A stretch of 64,000 bases of DNA from Bdellovibrionales bacterium (GTDB lineage Bacteria; Bdellovibrionota; Bdellovibrionia; Bdellovibrionales; UBA1609), in NCBI GenBank assembly GCA_965200875.1, contig OZ241456.1, positions 64,001 through 128,000 on the forward strand, in the 5' to 3' direction. A program made the translations under genes and the position numbers. The notes beneath the pieces are model-generated. The model searched no databases, was not told the DNA's origin, and was given only the letters and a program-made list of their open reading frames with translations. Shown one piece after another: positions 19,364 through 29,211 of this stretch (the stretch's first letter is position 1; each line of letters begins with the position of its first letter).

Positions 19364-22162
19364 TTATAAAACCTTTTTCAAAAAGGAGGAAGTGAAACCC
19401 AAAGAGCTTTTAGCCACTTCTTGAGGAGCACCCTGAACAAGTATTTCTCCTCCTTTTGGACCCGCGTGAGGCCCCATATCAATTATATAGTCCGATTGAC
19501 GAATCAAATCCAAATTATGCTCGATCAACAAAACACTACTACCTTTTTTCACCAAGTCCCTTAAAAGCCCAAGCAATAGATCCACCTCCTGAAAATGAAG
19601 TCCCACTGTAGGCTCATCCAATATATAAAGGGTGTTCTTCAAATTGCCATTCAAAAGCTCACGAGCCAGTTTAAGCCTCTGGGATTCTCCCCCGGAAAGG
19701 GAAGAAAGACTTTGCCCCAAAATCAGATAATCCAGCCCCACTTTCCTTAAAAAAGAAAGAGGTTTCCATATAGCTGGATAAGAAACAAAAAATTCCCCAG
19801 CTTCAGCCACTGTCATATTTAATATCTGATGAATATTCCTATTTTTCCATTTCAAATGCAAAACCTCAGGTCTAAACCTCTTACCCTTGCACTCTTCACA
19901 GGGAATACGTACGGCATCCATAAATACCATCTCTATTTCCTGATATCCCAAGCCCTGGCAAAAAGGACAACGACCTCCTTCCACATTCAAGCTAAAAAGC
20001 CTGGGTTCGACCTCCAATATCCCTCGCTTGTTATGACTCTCAGCCATAATAGATCTGATATGACTGTAGATTTTCAGATAAGTAACCGGAAGACTTCTTT
20101 TGGTTTTTTCCATGAGCGCGGAATCCAGCCAAACCACCTGCTGAAGATACTTAGCCCCTTTTAAACTTTTATAGGGATGACCTTTCAGGGCTTTTTTTCC
20201 CAAATTACTGACCAAAGCCGGATAAAGGGTTTGACTGACCAGAGTGGACTTACCAGATCCACTCACTCCTGTCACACTAACCAAACGATTCAAAGGCACC
20301 TTAAGGCACACATTTTTCAAGTTATGTGCTTTACATCCCGAAATTTCCAAAAAATATTTATAGTTCTCCTCCTCCACGGGCTTAAAAGGAGCTAAATTCT
20401 TTTCCTTACGAACAAGATAAGAGCGGGTTAAAGAGGTTTTGTTGTTTAAAAAATCCTTTTTCTCCCCCGCAAACAAAACTTCCCCGCCACCGAGACCCGC
20501 ACGAGGCCCCATTTCCACAATAAAATCCGCCTGCTTTATCACATCAGGGTCATGCTCCACCACCACCAAAGTATTTCCTCTTTGTTTTATTTTCTTCAAA
20601 AGTGCTATCAAACTTAAACTGTCTTTTGAATGAAGTCCCACTGTAGGTTCATCCAATACATACAATACCTGGGAAAGCCCAAGACCCAGCTGATGAATAA
20701 GATTTAATCTTTGAAATTCCCCGCTGGAAAGAGTTTTAACCAGACGATTCAGCTGAAGGTAATCCAATCCGATATCATGCAATCCTTCTAGGATGAACTG
20801 GATTTTTTGAACAATTTCTCCGATTTTTTTCCGCTCCACGGGCTGAAAGGAAAGAGCCTGAAAAAACTCTCTCAATTCCCCCACATTCATGGAAAGCATT
20901 TCCTTAAGATTTTTTTGGCGGAACACAACATGGGAAACTTCTTTTCGAAACCTGCTCCCTTCACACTCCTGACAGGATTTAGTACTTTTATAGCGGGATA
21001 AAAAAACCCTGACATGAAGTTTATATTTTTTATTCTCCAAATAATCAAAAAAGCCTTTCACCCCTATAAAGTGAGAAGTACCCTCCCATATTTTTTTTCT
21101 CTGCCGGGCGGGAAGTTTTTCCCACGGACAGTGCAAATCAATATTTTGATTTTTGCAAAACTGTTTTAAACTTCTTAATTCTGCTATGGCCGATGGCATG
21201 GTAAAAGGAAAAATAGCTCCCTCCATTAAAGATTTACCGGGTTCAGGAATCACTTTTTTTTCATCCAAAGTCAGATGATTCCCAAAACCTTTGCAAGAAG
21301 GACAAGCTCCTAAAGAGGAGTTAAAATTAAAAAAAGAGCTTTGTAGAGGAAAAAATGGGAATTGATACGCACAATAAATACAAGCCGGAGTTTCACTGAG
21401 AATAAGGGTTTTGTTTTCTAGGCTGGTCACCAGAGCCAAGCCCTTAAGGGAGCTTTTATTATACCGAAGAAAAACTTTATAAGCGGATTTCAGGGAATCC
21501 GTTAAACGAGTTTTGTCCTTAAACACCAGCCGATCCAAAACCACATAAAATTTTTTTCTGGGAATATTTTTTCCAGAAGAGCGCAGATCATATATTTTCG
21601 GAAAACAGTTTTTCTTCTCCTCCCACCATATTCGATAAAAGCCTTCCTGCAAGAGTTTTTTTTTAAGACGAGTGGGGGAAAGACCTGTCAAAGAAGGGTG
21701 GAGGGGAACAGATAATATTCCTTTTCCTTCGGGAAATATTTGTTGCACTTTCTCTGCTCCCTTTCCCGGAAAATATGCACACAGAGGGATCTTATGCTCA
21801 GGACAAAGTATCTGACCTGCATGAGTGAATAACAATCGTAAAAAATCTGCCAGCTCTGTTAAAGTGGCCACTGTGGGACGAAAAGAACGCACAGAATTTT
21901 TCTGCTCCAAAGCCAAAGCCGGAGGAATATTTTGTATATCCTTCACAAGGGGTTTAGGAAGTTCCTGAATATATTGTCTGGCGTAGTTGGAAAGAGTCTC
22001 AGTATAATGCCTCTGGCCTTCCGCAAAAAGGGTCTGAAAAGCTAAAGAGCTTTTTCCGGACCCACTTGGACCACATACCACTGTAAAAGAACCCAACGGA
22101 ATTTTTAAATCAACGGATTTTAAATTGTTTTGTTTTGCCTCTTTAATTTCAATATATTTCAC
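19364..22162 (-). CDS. uvrA: Excinuclease ABC subunit A
   Basis: Two ABC modules (GPSGSGKSSLAF, GVSGSGKSTL), LSSGE/LSGGE signatures, Zn fingers and DEPTVGLH. Confidence 0.93.
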   Translation of the reverse strand: MKYIEIKEAKQNNLKSVDLKIPLGSFTVVCGPSGSGKSSLAFQTLFAEGQRHYTETLSNYARQYIQELPKPLVKDIQNIPPALALEQKNSVRSFRPTVATLTELADFLRLLFTHAGQILCPEHKIPLCAYFPGKGAEKVQQIFPEGKGILSVPLHPSLTGLSPTRLKKKLLQEGFYRIWWEEKKNCFPKIYDLRSSGKNIPRKKFYVVLDRLVFKDKTRLTDSLKSAYKVFLRYNKSSLKGLALVTSLENKTLILSETPACIYCAYQFPFFPLQSSFFNFNSSLGACPSCKGFGNHLTLDEKKVIPEPGKSLMEGAIFPFTMPSAIAELRSLKQFCKNQNIDLHCPWEKLPARQRKKIWEGTSHFIGVKGFFDYLENKKYKLHVRVFLSRYKSTKSCQECEGSRFRKEVSHVVFRQKNLKEMLSMNVGELREFFQALSFQPVERKKIGEIVQKIQFILEGLHDIGLDYLQLNRLVKTLSSGEFQRLNLIHQLGLGLSQVLYVLDEPTVGLHSKDSLSLIALLKKIKQRGNTLVVVEHDPDVIKQADFIVEMGPRAGLGGGEVLFAGEKKDFLNNKTSLTRSYLVRKEKNLAPFKPVEEENYKYFLEISGCKAHNLKNVCLKVPLNRLVSVTGVSGSGKSTLVSQTLYPALVSNLGKKALKGHPYKSLKGAKYLQQVVWLDSALMEKTKRSLPVTYLKIYSHIRSIMAESHNKRGILEVEPRLFSLNVEGGRCPFCQGLGYQEIEMVFMDAVRIPCEECKGKRFRPEVLHLKWKNRNIHQILNMTVAEAGEFFVSYPAIWKPLSFLRKVGLDYLILGQSLSSLSGGESQRLKLARELLNGNLKNTLYILDEPTVGLHFQEVDLLLGLLRDLVKKGSSVLLIEHNLDLIRQSDYIIDMGPHAGPKGGEILVQGAPQEVAKSSLGFTSSFLKKVL

Positions 22163-24921
22163 TGAGAAAAATCCTCTCTTAAAAAATTCTGATCCTCCCC
22201 CTCTTTATCTTCTGCCATTTCTTCTGCCGGCTGAGTGCCTTGAATAAAGGCCTGATGAACAATCTGCCGAGATCCTGCAGAAACCAGCTGGCCGGTTTCA
22301 TTATCAATATGAGTAAAAACAATATCCTCCGGGGCCTTAAACCCTTCTTTTTCCTCTTTGTCTGCATGAGCAAATTTCATAAATTCAAGCCATATAGGAA
22401 GAGCGGCGCGTGCACCGGTTTCCCCCCGGCCAAGACTTTTTTCATTGTCAAAGCCCACCCAAACCCCTACAGCCATTTGAGGGCTGTAACCCAAAAACCA
22501 GGCATCATAATACCCATTGGTGGTGCCGGTTTTTCCGGCAATAGGCCAATCCATTTTACGGGCCAGATACCCCGTACCTTGTGGTTCCCGAATAACGGCT
22601 TTAAGCAAAGTGGTCATTATAAAAGCTGTTTGTTTTGATATCAGCTGTTCAGGATCTGAAAAGAAAAATGAAGGATGGAAAAAAGTATCCGGTTTTTCCA
22701 TCTTATCCGGGGTTTTTTCCAAATCTTCCTGGGAACTTAAAGAGTTTCCCTCTCTCTCCTTTTTTTCAGCCATTAAAAAAGCTTTTCTTTTTTCCTCTAC
22801 TGTCCTTTCCCAATCTGCTCTCTGTTCAGAAAATCGCTCATCCAAACTTAAAGAATCCAAAATTTTTTCCTGATTTTGATCCCTTACTTCGTAAAGAAGA
22901 AGAGGGCTTATTTTTTTTCCCTGTCGCCCTAAGATGGAAAACACTTTGGTCATCTCATAAAGCGTGACACTGCTGGATCCCAAAGCCAAAGTATAATCAG
23001 GGTTAAGGGGACTGAATATACCAAGCCTTCGGGCATAATCACTGACCCACTTAATACCTGTTTTTTCAATCACTTTCACTGTAGGAACATTCATGGAGCG
23101 AATCAGCGCGTTTCTGAACAAAACATCCCCGGAAAACCGCCGACCATAGTTATCAGGCTTCCAAATTTTGCCATCATCTTCTTCTTCCGCAAATCCACTG
23201 GTTTCTTCCTCTTTAGAGGGCTTTAAAACTCCTCCTTCAGCCTCCTCCTCTTCATACACCACAGGAGCGTCTGTTATTAAAGTGGCAGGAGTAAAACCTT
23301 TATCGAGAGCCGCCAAATATACAAGAGGTTTAAAAACAGAACCGGTCTGGCGGGCGGCCTGATAGGCTCTGTTAAATTGAGAACGATGAAAGTCATACCC
23401 TCCTACCAAAGCTAAAATATCCCCAGTTTTTTGATCCAAAGCTATAAGAGCACCTTCCACCAAAGGCTCCTGCTCCAAAGAGACCAACACCCTTTTTTCT
23501 TTAAGGGAGGAGGACGGGGATGTGTTTCCTTTTATTTTTCGCCTTTTAAAATCTGCGGGAATTACAGCACCAGCTGAATCCTCTGCCACTTTTACCAAAA
23601 TCAGATCCCCTTTTTTAAGAGCCAAAGAAGGTTTTTCTAGGGAGAAAAATCGAAAACTGACCTTAGGATCTGGTTTTCTGGCCCATTTCATATTTTCCAA
23701 AGGAAGTACTCCTTGAACCTGAAAAGGAAGCTTCACCAAAACTTTTTTACTTTCATCATTCACTTCCATGACCCAGGCTTTAAAAACCTCACCCGGTCTG
23801 ACACCTTTTAAAAGCTTTTCCTCATCCGTCAAAGGGCCAATAATACGAAACTCCCTTCTTTTTTCCACCAGTCTTTCTTCTTCTTTTTCAAAAAACTTCT
23901 CCACTTCCTCCTCTTTTATAGTAGAAAGAGGCCCTCTGAACCCTTGCCTTTTATCCAATTCCCTTAACCCTTCTTGAAGATATTTTTTGGCCATTTCCTG
24001 AAAAGAAAGATTCATGGCGACTTTAATGGCAAGCCCTCCTGTGAGGAGAAGCTCTTCATCCATTTTTTTCAACAACATCTGCCTTACTGTTTCCAAATAA
24101 TAAGGGGCTTTTTCATGGTACTTTCCCCTCACAAACACTTTTAAGGGAGTGTTTTTTATCTCCTCTGCTGTTGGCTTATCAATATAGGACTCCTCCACCA
24201 TTCTTTGTAAAACATAAATCTGCCGTTCTTTGGCTTTTTTCGGATTATAAATAGGAGAAAACCGACTGGGTGCCTGAGGAAGACCAGCCAAAAGGGAGCT
24301 TTCCGCCAAATTCAGCTCTCCCACTTTCTTTCTAAAATAAATTTCCGCCGCCATGCCCACTCCATAAGCACCATGCCCCAAATAAATTTGATTGAGATAA
24401 AGGCGCAAAATCTCTTCTTTACTGAGATGCTTTTCCATGCGCAAAGCCAACACAGCTTCTTTGAGTTTTCTCTTGTAAGTTTTTTCTGAAGAAAGAAGCA
24501 AAGAACGAGCCACCTGCTGTGTGATAGTGGATCCACCCTGCACTTTTTTTCCAGCCTTAATATTGGCCAGAAAAGCTCTGAAAATCGCTTTAAAATTCAC
24601 GCCTTTATGTTCAAAAAAACTTCCATCCTCAGCTGACACAAAAGCCTGAATCAGGGTTTTCGGAAACTCAGAATAGGCATTCAGTATCCTTCTTTCCTTA
24701 AAAAACTCTCCGACCTTGTTGCCTTTTTTATCCAACACTTTAGAAACAAGTGGTGGTTTATAGTTCTTCAGGCTTTCCACGGATGGCAAAGCCCGAATAA
24801 GAAAAAATAGATAACCCGCATAAGTAAAGCCAAGGCCCAAAGAGACAATCAAAAAAAATATCAATACTTTTTTTACAGCACCGGCTTTATGCAAAGTTAT
24901 TGCCTGTTTCAGTCTTTTCAA
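22159..24921 (-). CDS. mrcA: Class A penicillin-binding protein 1A
   Basis: TM anchor, transglycosylase motifs (AED..F, GGSTITQQ, RK..E) and transpeptidase motifs SxxK (SVFK), SMN and KTG. Confidence 0.95.
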   Translation of the reverse strand: MKRLKQAITLHKAGAVKKVLIFFLIVSLGLGFTYAGYLFFLIRALPSVESLKNYKPPLVSKVLDKKGNKVGEFFKERRILNAYSEFPKTLIQAFVSAEDGSFFEHKGVNFKAIFRAFLANIKAGKKVQGGSTITQQVARSLLLSSEKTYKRKLKEAVLALRMEKHLSKEEILRLYLNQIYLGHGAYGVGMAAEIYFRKKVGELNLAESSLLAGLPQAPSRFSPIYNPKKAKERQIYVLQRMVEESYIDKPTAEEIKNTPLKVFVRGKYHEKAPYYLETVRQMLLKKMDEELLLTGGLAIKVAMNLSFQEMAKKYLQEGLRELDKRQGFRGPLSTIKEEEVEKFFEKEEERLVEKRREFRIIGPLTDEEKLLKGVRPGEVFKAWVMEVNDESKKVLVKLPFQVQGVLPLENMKWARKPDPKVSFRFFSLEKPSLALKKGDLILVKVAEDSAGAVIPADFKRRKIKGNTSPSSSLKEKRVLVSLEQEPLVEGALIALDQKTGDILALVGGYDFHRSQFNRAYQAARQTGSVFKPLVYLAALDKGFTPATLITDAPVVYEEEEAEGGVLKPSKEEETSGFAEEEDDGKIWKPDNYGRRFSGDVLFRNALIRSMNVPTVKVIEKTGIKWVSDYARRLGIFSPLNPDYTLALGSSSVTLYEMTKVFSILGRQGKKISPLLLYEVRDQNQEKILDSLSLDERFSEQRADWERTVEEKRKAFLMAEKKEREGNSLSSQEDLEKTPDKMEKPDTFFHPSFFFSDPEQLISKQTAFIMTTLLKAVIREPQGTGYLARKMDWPIAGKTGTTNGYYDAWFLGYSPQMAVGVWVGFDNEKSLGRGETGARAALPIWLEFMKFAHADKEEKEGFKAPEDIVFTHIDNETGQLVSAGSRQIVHQAFIQGTQPAEEMAEDKEGEDQNFLREDFSQ

Positions 24922-25015
24922 AATTTACTCCTTTTAAGCGGGGCAGTATAACAAAACCTTTACATTGTGACATATTTTTTGTGGGAAAAAAGTATTTTAC
25001 GGCCTAAAAAACCGC

Positions 25016-25043
25016 TAAAGAAAAAAAACAAAACAACCGAATA
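25016..25043 (+). promoter_or_regulatory. sigma28/FliA-like promoter
   Basis: TAAA(G)-N16-ACCGAATA upstream of the GGGAGG RBS of the 25064 ORF. Confidence 0.45.
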
Positions 25044-25063
25044 TGACTTAAAAGGGAGGAAAA

Positions 25064-26431
25064 ATGCCAGAATTTTTTTTTAGTAACCCCCATCAACCGT
25101 CAAAACTTTTAAACCCCATAAAAGCCTTTTTATTATTGGCATTCTTGTTTTTATCACCGGCTGTTTATTCCAATATAGTCTGTCCAGAGGGGGACACAGA
25201 ATGCATAAATAGGGTGCTTGAAAGTCAGAAAGAAGAGCAAACATACCGGAGGAACCGGGACCGAATGGCGGACGACCGGCAGGAGAAACTGGACGATGAA
25301 AGAAGAGAAAGAGAAGCTCGTAGCGATTTAAGACAAGAGGAACAAGACAGGCGAACACGAGAGCGAGAAGCAGAAGCTGATGCAAAAGAACAGGAAAGAG
25401 AGGTAAAAGAGGCCCTAAAGGAAAGAGAGGAAAAATGTGAAAACGCAGAAAATGAAGTAAAAGACGCCCTAGAGGAAAAAGATGAAAAACAATCAGAGCT
25501 TGAGCAGGATTTTTACGATTTAGAGGAAGATATCACGGAACTGGAAGGAAAAAGTGCAGAAGAGCAAACAAAGATAAAAACGGAAATAGAAAATTTTAAT
25601 AGAACAGCCAATAACAATACACAGCAACTCAAAGAAGAAATGGGTAAGGAGTTAAAAAACATAGATGTAAAAGTGCAACAAATCCAAGACACCATAGGCC
25701 AGCTTCATGACAGCCTAGAAAAAGTGGAAGAAGATAGACTTACTGCTTTTTACGCCCGCCGAAAACAACAAAATGAATTTTACAGCACCTGCTTTGGAAA
25801 AGCCTTGGAGCAAACAGAAAAGGTAAGAATGATTTTTTACCAAAGAAAAAGAGCAAACACTTTAAGGAGAAGGACTTTAGGTGACCTTGCTCGCGGAGGA
25901 AAAACACAAACCCGAAACACATTTTCCGGCAGATTTAATCAGTTTTTAAACCTGTGCTTAAACAACCAAGCCGCTTTACTGCAAAAAAGCAATCAGGAAA
26001 ATGAGTATCAGCTCATGGTGGAAAAATTGAATCGCAGGGAAGAAAGAATAGAGCAAAAAATAGCGGAGTTAAAAACACAAATCGCCAATTTAAAAAGTCA
26101 CGGAAAAGCGGAAATACTCAACAGATACAAAGAAAAAATGCAACAGGAAATTCAGAATTTTGAGCAATCTTATGACTCTCTTACGGAAAATTATCAAACA
26201 AATTCCAGGCAAATTATAAATCAAATCGGGAAAATCAAGCACCAGCAAGCCTCTGTTTTAATGAATCGCGCTCAAAACGCCTTGCCAGAGAGAACACGAA
26301 ATGACCTAATAGTCCACCAATGCCAACAACATGGAGGAGGATTGAATGTGCTTAATATGTTTCCCAGCTCTTTCACTACTGCTCCCGTGAGCCGAAACAG
26401 AGGAGGAATATTTGGAGGAAGTATTCGGTGA
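25064..26431 (+). CDS. Secreted long coiled-coil protein
   Basis: Signal peptide ending AVYS, small Cys loop, and about 350 aa of E/R/K/Q-rich heptad sequence. Confidence 0.8.
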   Translation: MPEFFFSNPHQPSKLLNPIKAFLLLAFLFLSPAVYSNIVCPEGDTECINRVLESQKEEQTYRRNRDRMADDRQEKLDDERREREARSDLRQEEQDRRTREREAEADAKEQEREVKEALKEREEKCENAENEVKDALEEKDEKQSELEQDFYDLEEDITELEGKSAEEQTKIKTEIENFNRTANNNTQQLKEEMGKELKNIDVKVQQIQDTIGQLHDSLEKVEEDRLTAFYARRKQQNEFYSTCFGKALEQTEKVRMIFYQRKRANTLRRRTLGDLARGGKTQTRNTFSGRFNQFLNLCLNNQAALLQKSNQENEYQLMVEKLNRREERIEQKIAELKTQIANLKSHGKAEILNRYKEKMQQEIQNFEQSYDSLTENYQTNSRQIINQIGKIKHQQASVLMNRAQNALPERTRNDLIVHQCQQHGGGLNVLNMFPSSFTTAPVSRNRGGIFGGSIR

Positions 26432-26440
26432 ATAAAAGAA

Positions 26441-26612
26441 AAAAGAGAGGAGAGCACTGATGAGGACTGAATCCGTTTTTATTTAGGTGGACGACTACGG
26501 TAGGAACTTCAGGCTTCCTAAAACATGAGAGTTTTTGGCTTGCTCACCATCCCCAGAGGCGGTCTCCCTTCTATTTATTGTAGGATTCACCTTTTGTCAC
26601 CCTCCCTCTTGA
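26441..26612 (-). ncRNA. ssrS: 6S RNA
   Basis: About 170-nt rod that pairs (with G-U) only on the minus strand: closing stem AAGAGGGAGGGUG/UGCUCUCCUCUCUU and UGAAUCC/GGAUUCA flanking an A-rich central bubble. 6S-type motifs UGAAUCCUACA..GGGAGAC and GUCGUCCACCU..CGGAUUCA are present. Confidence 0.8.
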
Positions 26613-26643
26613 TCAATTTTTTTTAATGATTCCCTTTTTAGCC

Positions 26644-26652
26644 ATTATAACA
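26644..26652 (-). promoter_or_regulatory. Extended -10 promoter for the 6S RNA
   Basis: TGtTATAAT about 30 nt upstream of the structured RNA. Confidence 0.55.
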
Positions 26653-26722
26653 CAAAGTGTAACATAAAAAGATAACTCTTGCTATTGACTTTAATAAAAA
26701 TATGTCCGTATTTTCTTAAACT

Positions 26723-27970
26723 ATGGATTGGGATTTTCAACCTGAGACAGATGAAAGCCTTGACTGCTATTCTGTGTCAGAAATTACAAAAATGATTCAG
26801 GATCGTCTTGAGTCCTCTTTTCCGCTTTTGCAAATAAAGGGCGAAATTTCCAATTTTACGGCCCACACATCGGGACATTGGTATTTCACCTTAAAAGATT
26901 CTACCAGCCAAATCCGGGCGGTTATGTTTCGAAAAGCTAACCAAAAATTAAGTTTTCAGCCGGAAAGAGGAAAAAGCCTAGAAGTAACAGTAACAGGACA
27001 AATCAGTGTATATCAAGCCAGAGGAGAATATCAGATTATATGCCAGGACATGGAAAAATGCGGAAAAGGTGCTCTCCAGGAAAAATTTGAACAGCTGAAA
27101 ATAAAACTTAAGCAGGAAGGACTTTTTGAAAGAAAAAAACCTCTTCCGTTTTTGCCACGGCATATTCTTATTGTCAGCTCTCCCACGGGCGCGGCCATAC
27201 AGGATATTTTAAATATTTTAAAAAGAAGATATAAAGGGATAAAAATCACTTTGGTGCCCGCTTTAGTGCAGGGAGAATCTGCCCCAGAAAGTTTAATATC
27301 CGCTTTGGAGAAAGCCAAAAAGCTGAAAGATGCAGATGTACTGATCATCACCAGAGGGGGAGGAAGCCTAGAAGATCTCATGGCCTTTAATGATGAAAAT
27401 CTGGCACGCGCCCTATTCAAGTTCCCGCTTCCCGTGATTTCTGCCGTGGGGCATGAAATTGACTTTACAATATGTGATTTTATAGCAGACTTAAGAGCAC
27501 CCACCCCCTCAGCCGGTGCGGAATTAGTGTCACAAAACGCAAAGAACTTAAGTGAACAAGTTGAAAAAATGAGAGAGCTTATTTATCAAAACATAAAAAG
27601 AGAGCTTTTTCGCTTAAAAGAAAAATTAAATGTTTTAAATAACACTCTTATTCATCCCGGAAAAAAAATACAGGAGCTTGAGCAATATATGGATGAACTC
27701 AATGCCAATTTGAGACGAGAGATATTTCAACAAACAAAGTTAAAAAGAGAAAAATTAAAAGCTCTTTTTTCTCTGCTACAAAGCCTAAGCCCCCTAAAGG
27801 TTTTGAGCCGGGGATATTGCCTTATCAACAAAGATGAGATTCTTATAAAAAAGGCGCAAAGCCTCAAAAAAGGGGATAAAGTGTGTATTCGATTTTCTGA
27901 AAGTTTTGCTCTGGCCCATATCAACAAGACCGGCTTGTTGCCAAAAACAGACAAAAAACCTGGTCCTTAA
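26723..27970 (+). CDS. xseA: Exodeoxyribonuclease VII large subunit
   Basis: GEISN, SGHWYFTLKD, RGGGSLEDL, SAVGHE.D and RAPTPS motifs. Confidence 0.96.
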   Translation: MDWDFQPETDESLDCYSVSEITKMIQDRLESSFPLLQIKGEISNFTAHTSGHWYFTLKDSTSQIRAVMFRKANQKLSFQPERGKSLEVTVTGQISVYQARGEYQIICQDMEKCGKGALQEKFEQLKIKLKQEGLFERKKPLPFLPRHILIVSSPTGAAIQDILNILKRRYKGIKITLVPALVQGESAPESLISALEKAKKLKDADVLIITRGGGSLEDLMAFNDENLARALFKFPLPVISAVGHEIDFTICDFIADLRAPTPSAGAELVSQNAKNLSEQVEKMRELIYQNIKRELFRLKEKLNVLNNTLIHPGKKIQELEQYMDELNANLRREIFQQTKLKREKLKALFSLLQSLSPLKVLSRGYCLINKDEILIKKAQSLKKGDKVCIRFSESFALAHINKTGLLPKTDKKPGP

Positions 27971-28036
27971 AAAAAACCATTGGCAAAGAAAAAATCGGAA
28001 ACCAAATGCTTACACAAAAAACTTTAAAAGGAGGTT

Positions 28037-28255
28037 TTGAGAGTGGAGTTTGAAAAAAAAATAAAAGAGTTGGAAAATATAGTAGAAAAACTAAGCCAGG
28101 GAGAGCTTTCCCTTGAGGAATCTTTAAAGTTTTTTGAAAAAGGGGTAAAAATTTCCAGGGAATGTTCGGAACAACTTAATAAATCCGAGGAAAAAGTCAG
28201 GAAGCTGATTGACATAAGCCCGGAAGGAAAAGCCTTGACTGAAGATTTCAAGTGA
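28037..28255 (+). CDS. xseB: Exodeoxyribonuclease VII small subunit
   Basis: FE....LE.IV..L..G.LSLEESL..FE.G pattern; follows xseA. Confidence 0.94.
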   Translation: MRVEFEKKIKELENIVEKLSQGELSLEESLKFFEKGVKISRECSEQLNKSEEKVRKLIDISPEGKALTEDFK

Positions 28256-28270
28256 GAGAGCTAAAAAATC

Positions 28271-29140
28271 ATGTCCTGTAAAAAAAAAGAGCTTTTGACC
28301 AACCCTTTTTCCGGGAATGAAAGCTTTAAAAAATTTCTTCTCCAGTTTGAAGGGTTTTTAAAAGATCATCTAAAAAGTTTTCAAACACTTCCCTTTAAGG
28401 GACAAAAACAGCTTAAGTCCGCAATGGAATATAGCCTTTTTTCCGGTGGAAAAAGATTTCGGCCTTTGTTGGTTTTCGCAACGGCTGAATTAATGAAAAT
28501 CAAAACTTCTGTTATTTTACCCTGGGCAGGCGCGATTGAAATGCTCCATACAGCCTCTTTAATTCATGATGATCTTCCCTGTATGGATAACAGCCTTCAA
28601 AGACGCGGAAAGGCTACTAACCACAGACTTTTTGGAGAAAACATGGCTTTACTGGCCGGGGATTGCCTTTGGATAGAAGCTTTTCGACTGATTGGTTCGC
28701 GGGAAAAAGAAAGTAAAGTCTGGATAAACCTCCTTTGCACCTCTGCGGGTTTCAGTGGCTTAATGGGAGGACAAGCTTTGGATCTGAAAATTCCCTCAAA
28801 ACCCAGTGAGAGCTACTGCAAAAAAATGCACTTTATGAAAACAGGTGCCTTAATCTCTGCAAGCATGACGGGAGTGCTGGCTCTTAAGCCTGAAGAAAAA
28901 ACAAACCACTTAAAAAAAATCTCTTATCTGATTGGTCAGGCTTTTCAACTTTCTGATGACTTGCAGGATGAAAAAGAGGAAAAAAGCCCTGCCAACTTTG
29001 CGCGAGCTATGGGTTCAAAAAAAGCGAGAAAAGATCTAGAAACCTTAAGCAAAAAAGCCTTGGAATTAATCAAAAACATGGGCTATCCCAGCCGGTTTTT
29101 AAAAAAGTTGATTATATTCAACCGGGACAGAGCGTTTTAA
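28271..29140 (+). CDS. ispA: Farnesyl/geranyl diphosphate synthase
   Basis: GGKRFRP, SLIHDDLPCMD, RRGK, GQALD, KTG and FQLSDD motifs. Confidence 0.93.
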   Translation: MSCKKKELLTNPFSGNESFKKFLLQFEGFLKDHLKSFQTLPFKGQKQLKSAMEYSLFSGGKRFRPLLVFATAELMKIKTSVILPWAGAIEMLHTASLIHDDLPCMDNSLQRRGKATNHRLFGENMALLAGDCLWIEAFRLIGSREKESKVWINLLCTSAGFSGLMGGQALDLKIPSKPSESYCKKMHFMKTGALISASMTGVLALKPEEKTNHLKKISYLIGQAFQLSDDLQDEKEEKSPANFARAMGSKKARKDLETLSKKALELIKNMGYPSRFLKKLIIFNRDRAF

Positions 29141-29211
29141 CTCCAAAAGATATTGGTTTTCAAATTAAATAATTCCTTTTATTTCCCTTTATAAAGTTTT
29201 ATAAATATAAT

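Noticed and set aside
26441..26612. tRNA, SRP RNA or riboswitch interpretation of the structured intergenic region
   Set aside because: No T-loop/CCA cloverleaf and no SRP GGAA domain; a rod with a central bubble fits 6S better.
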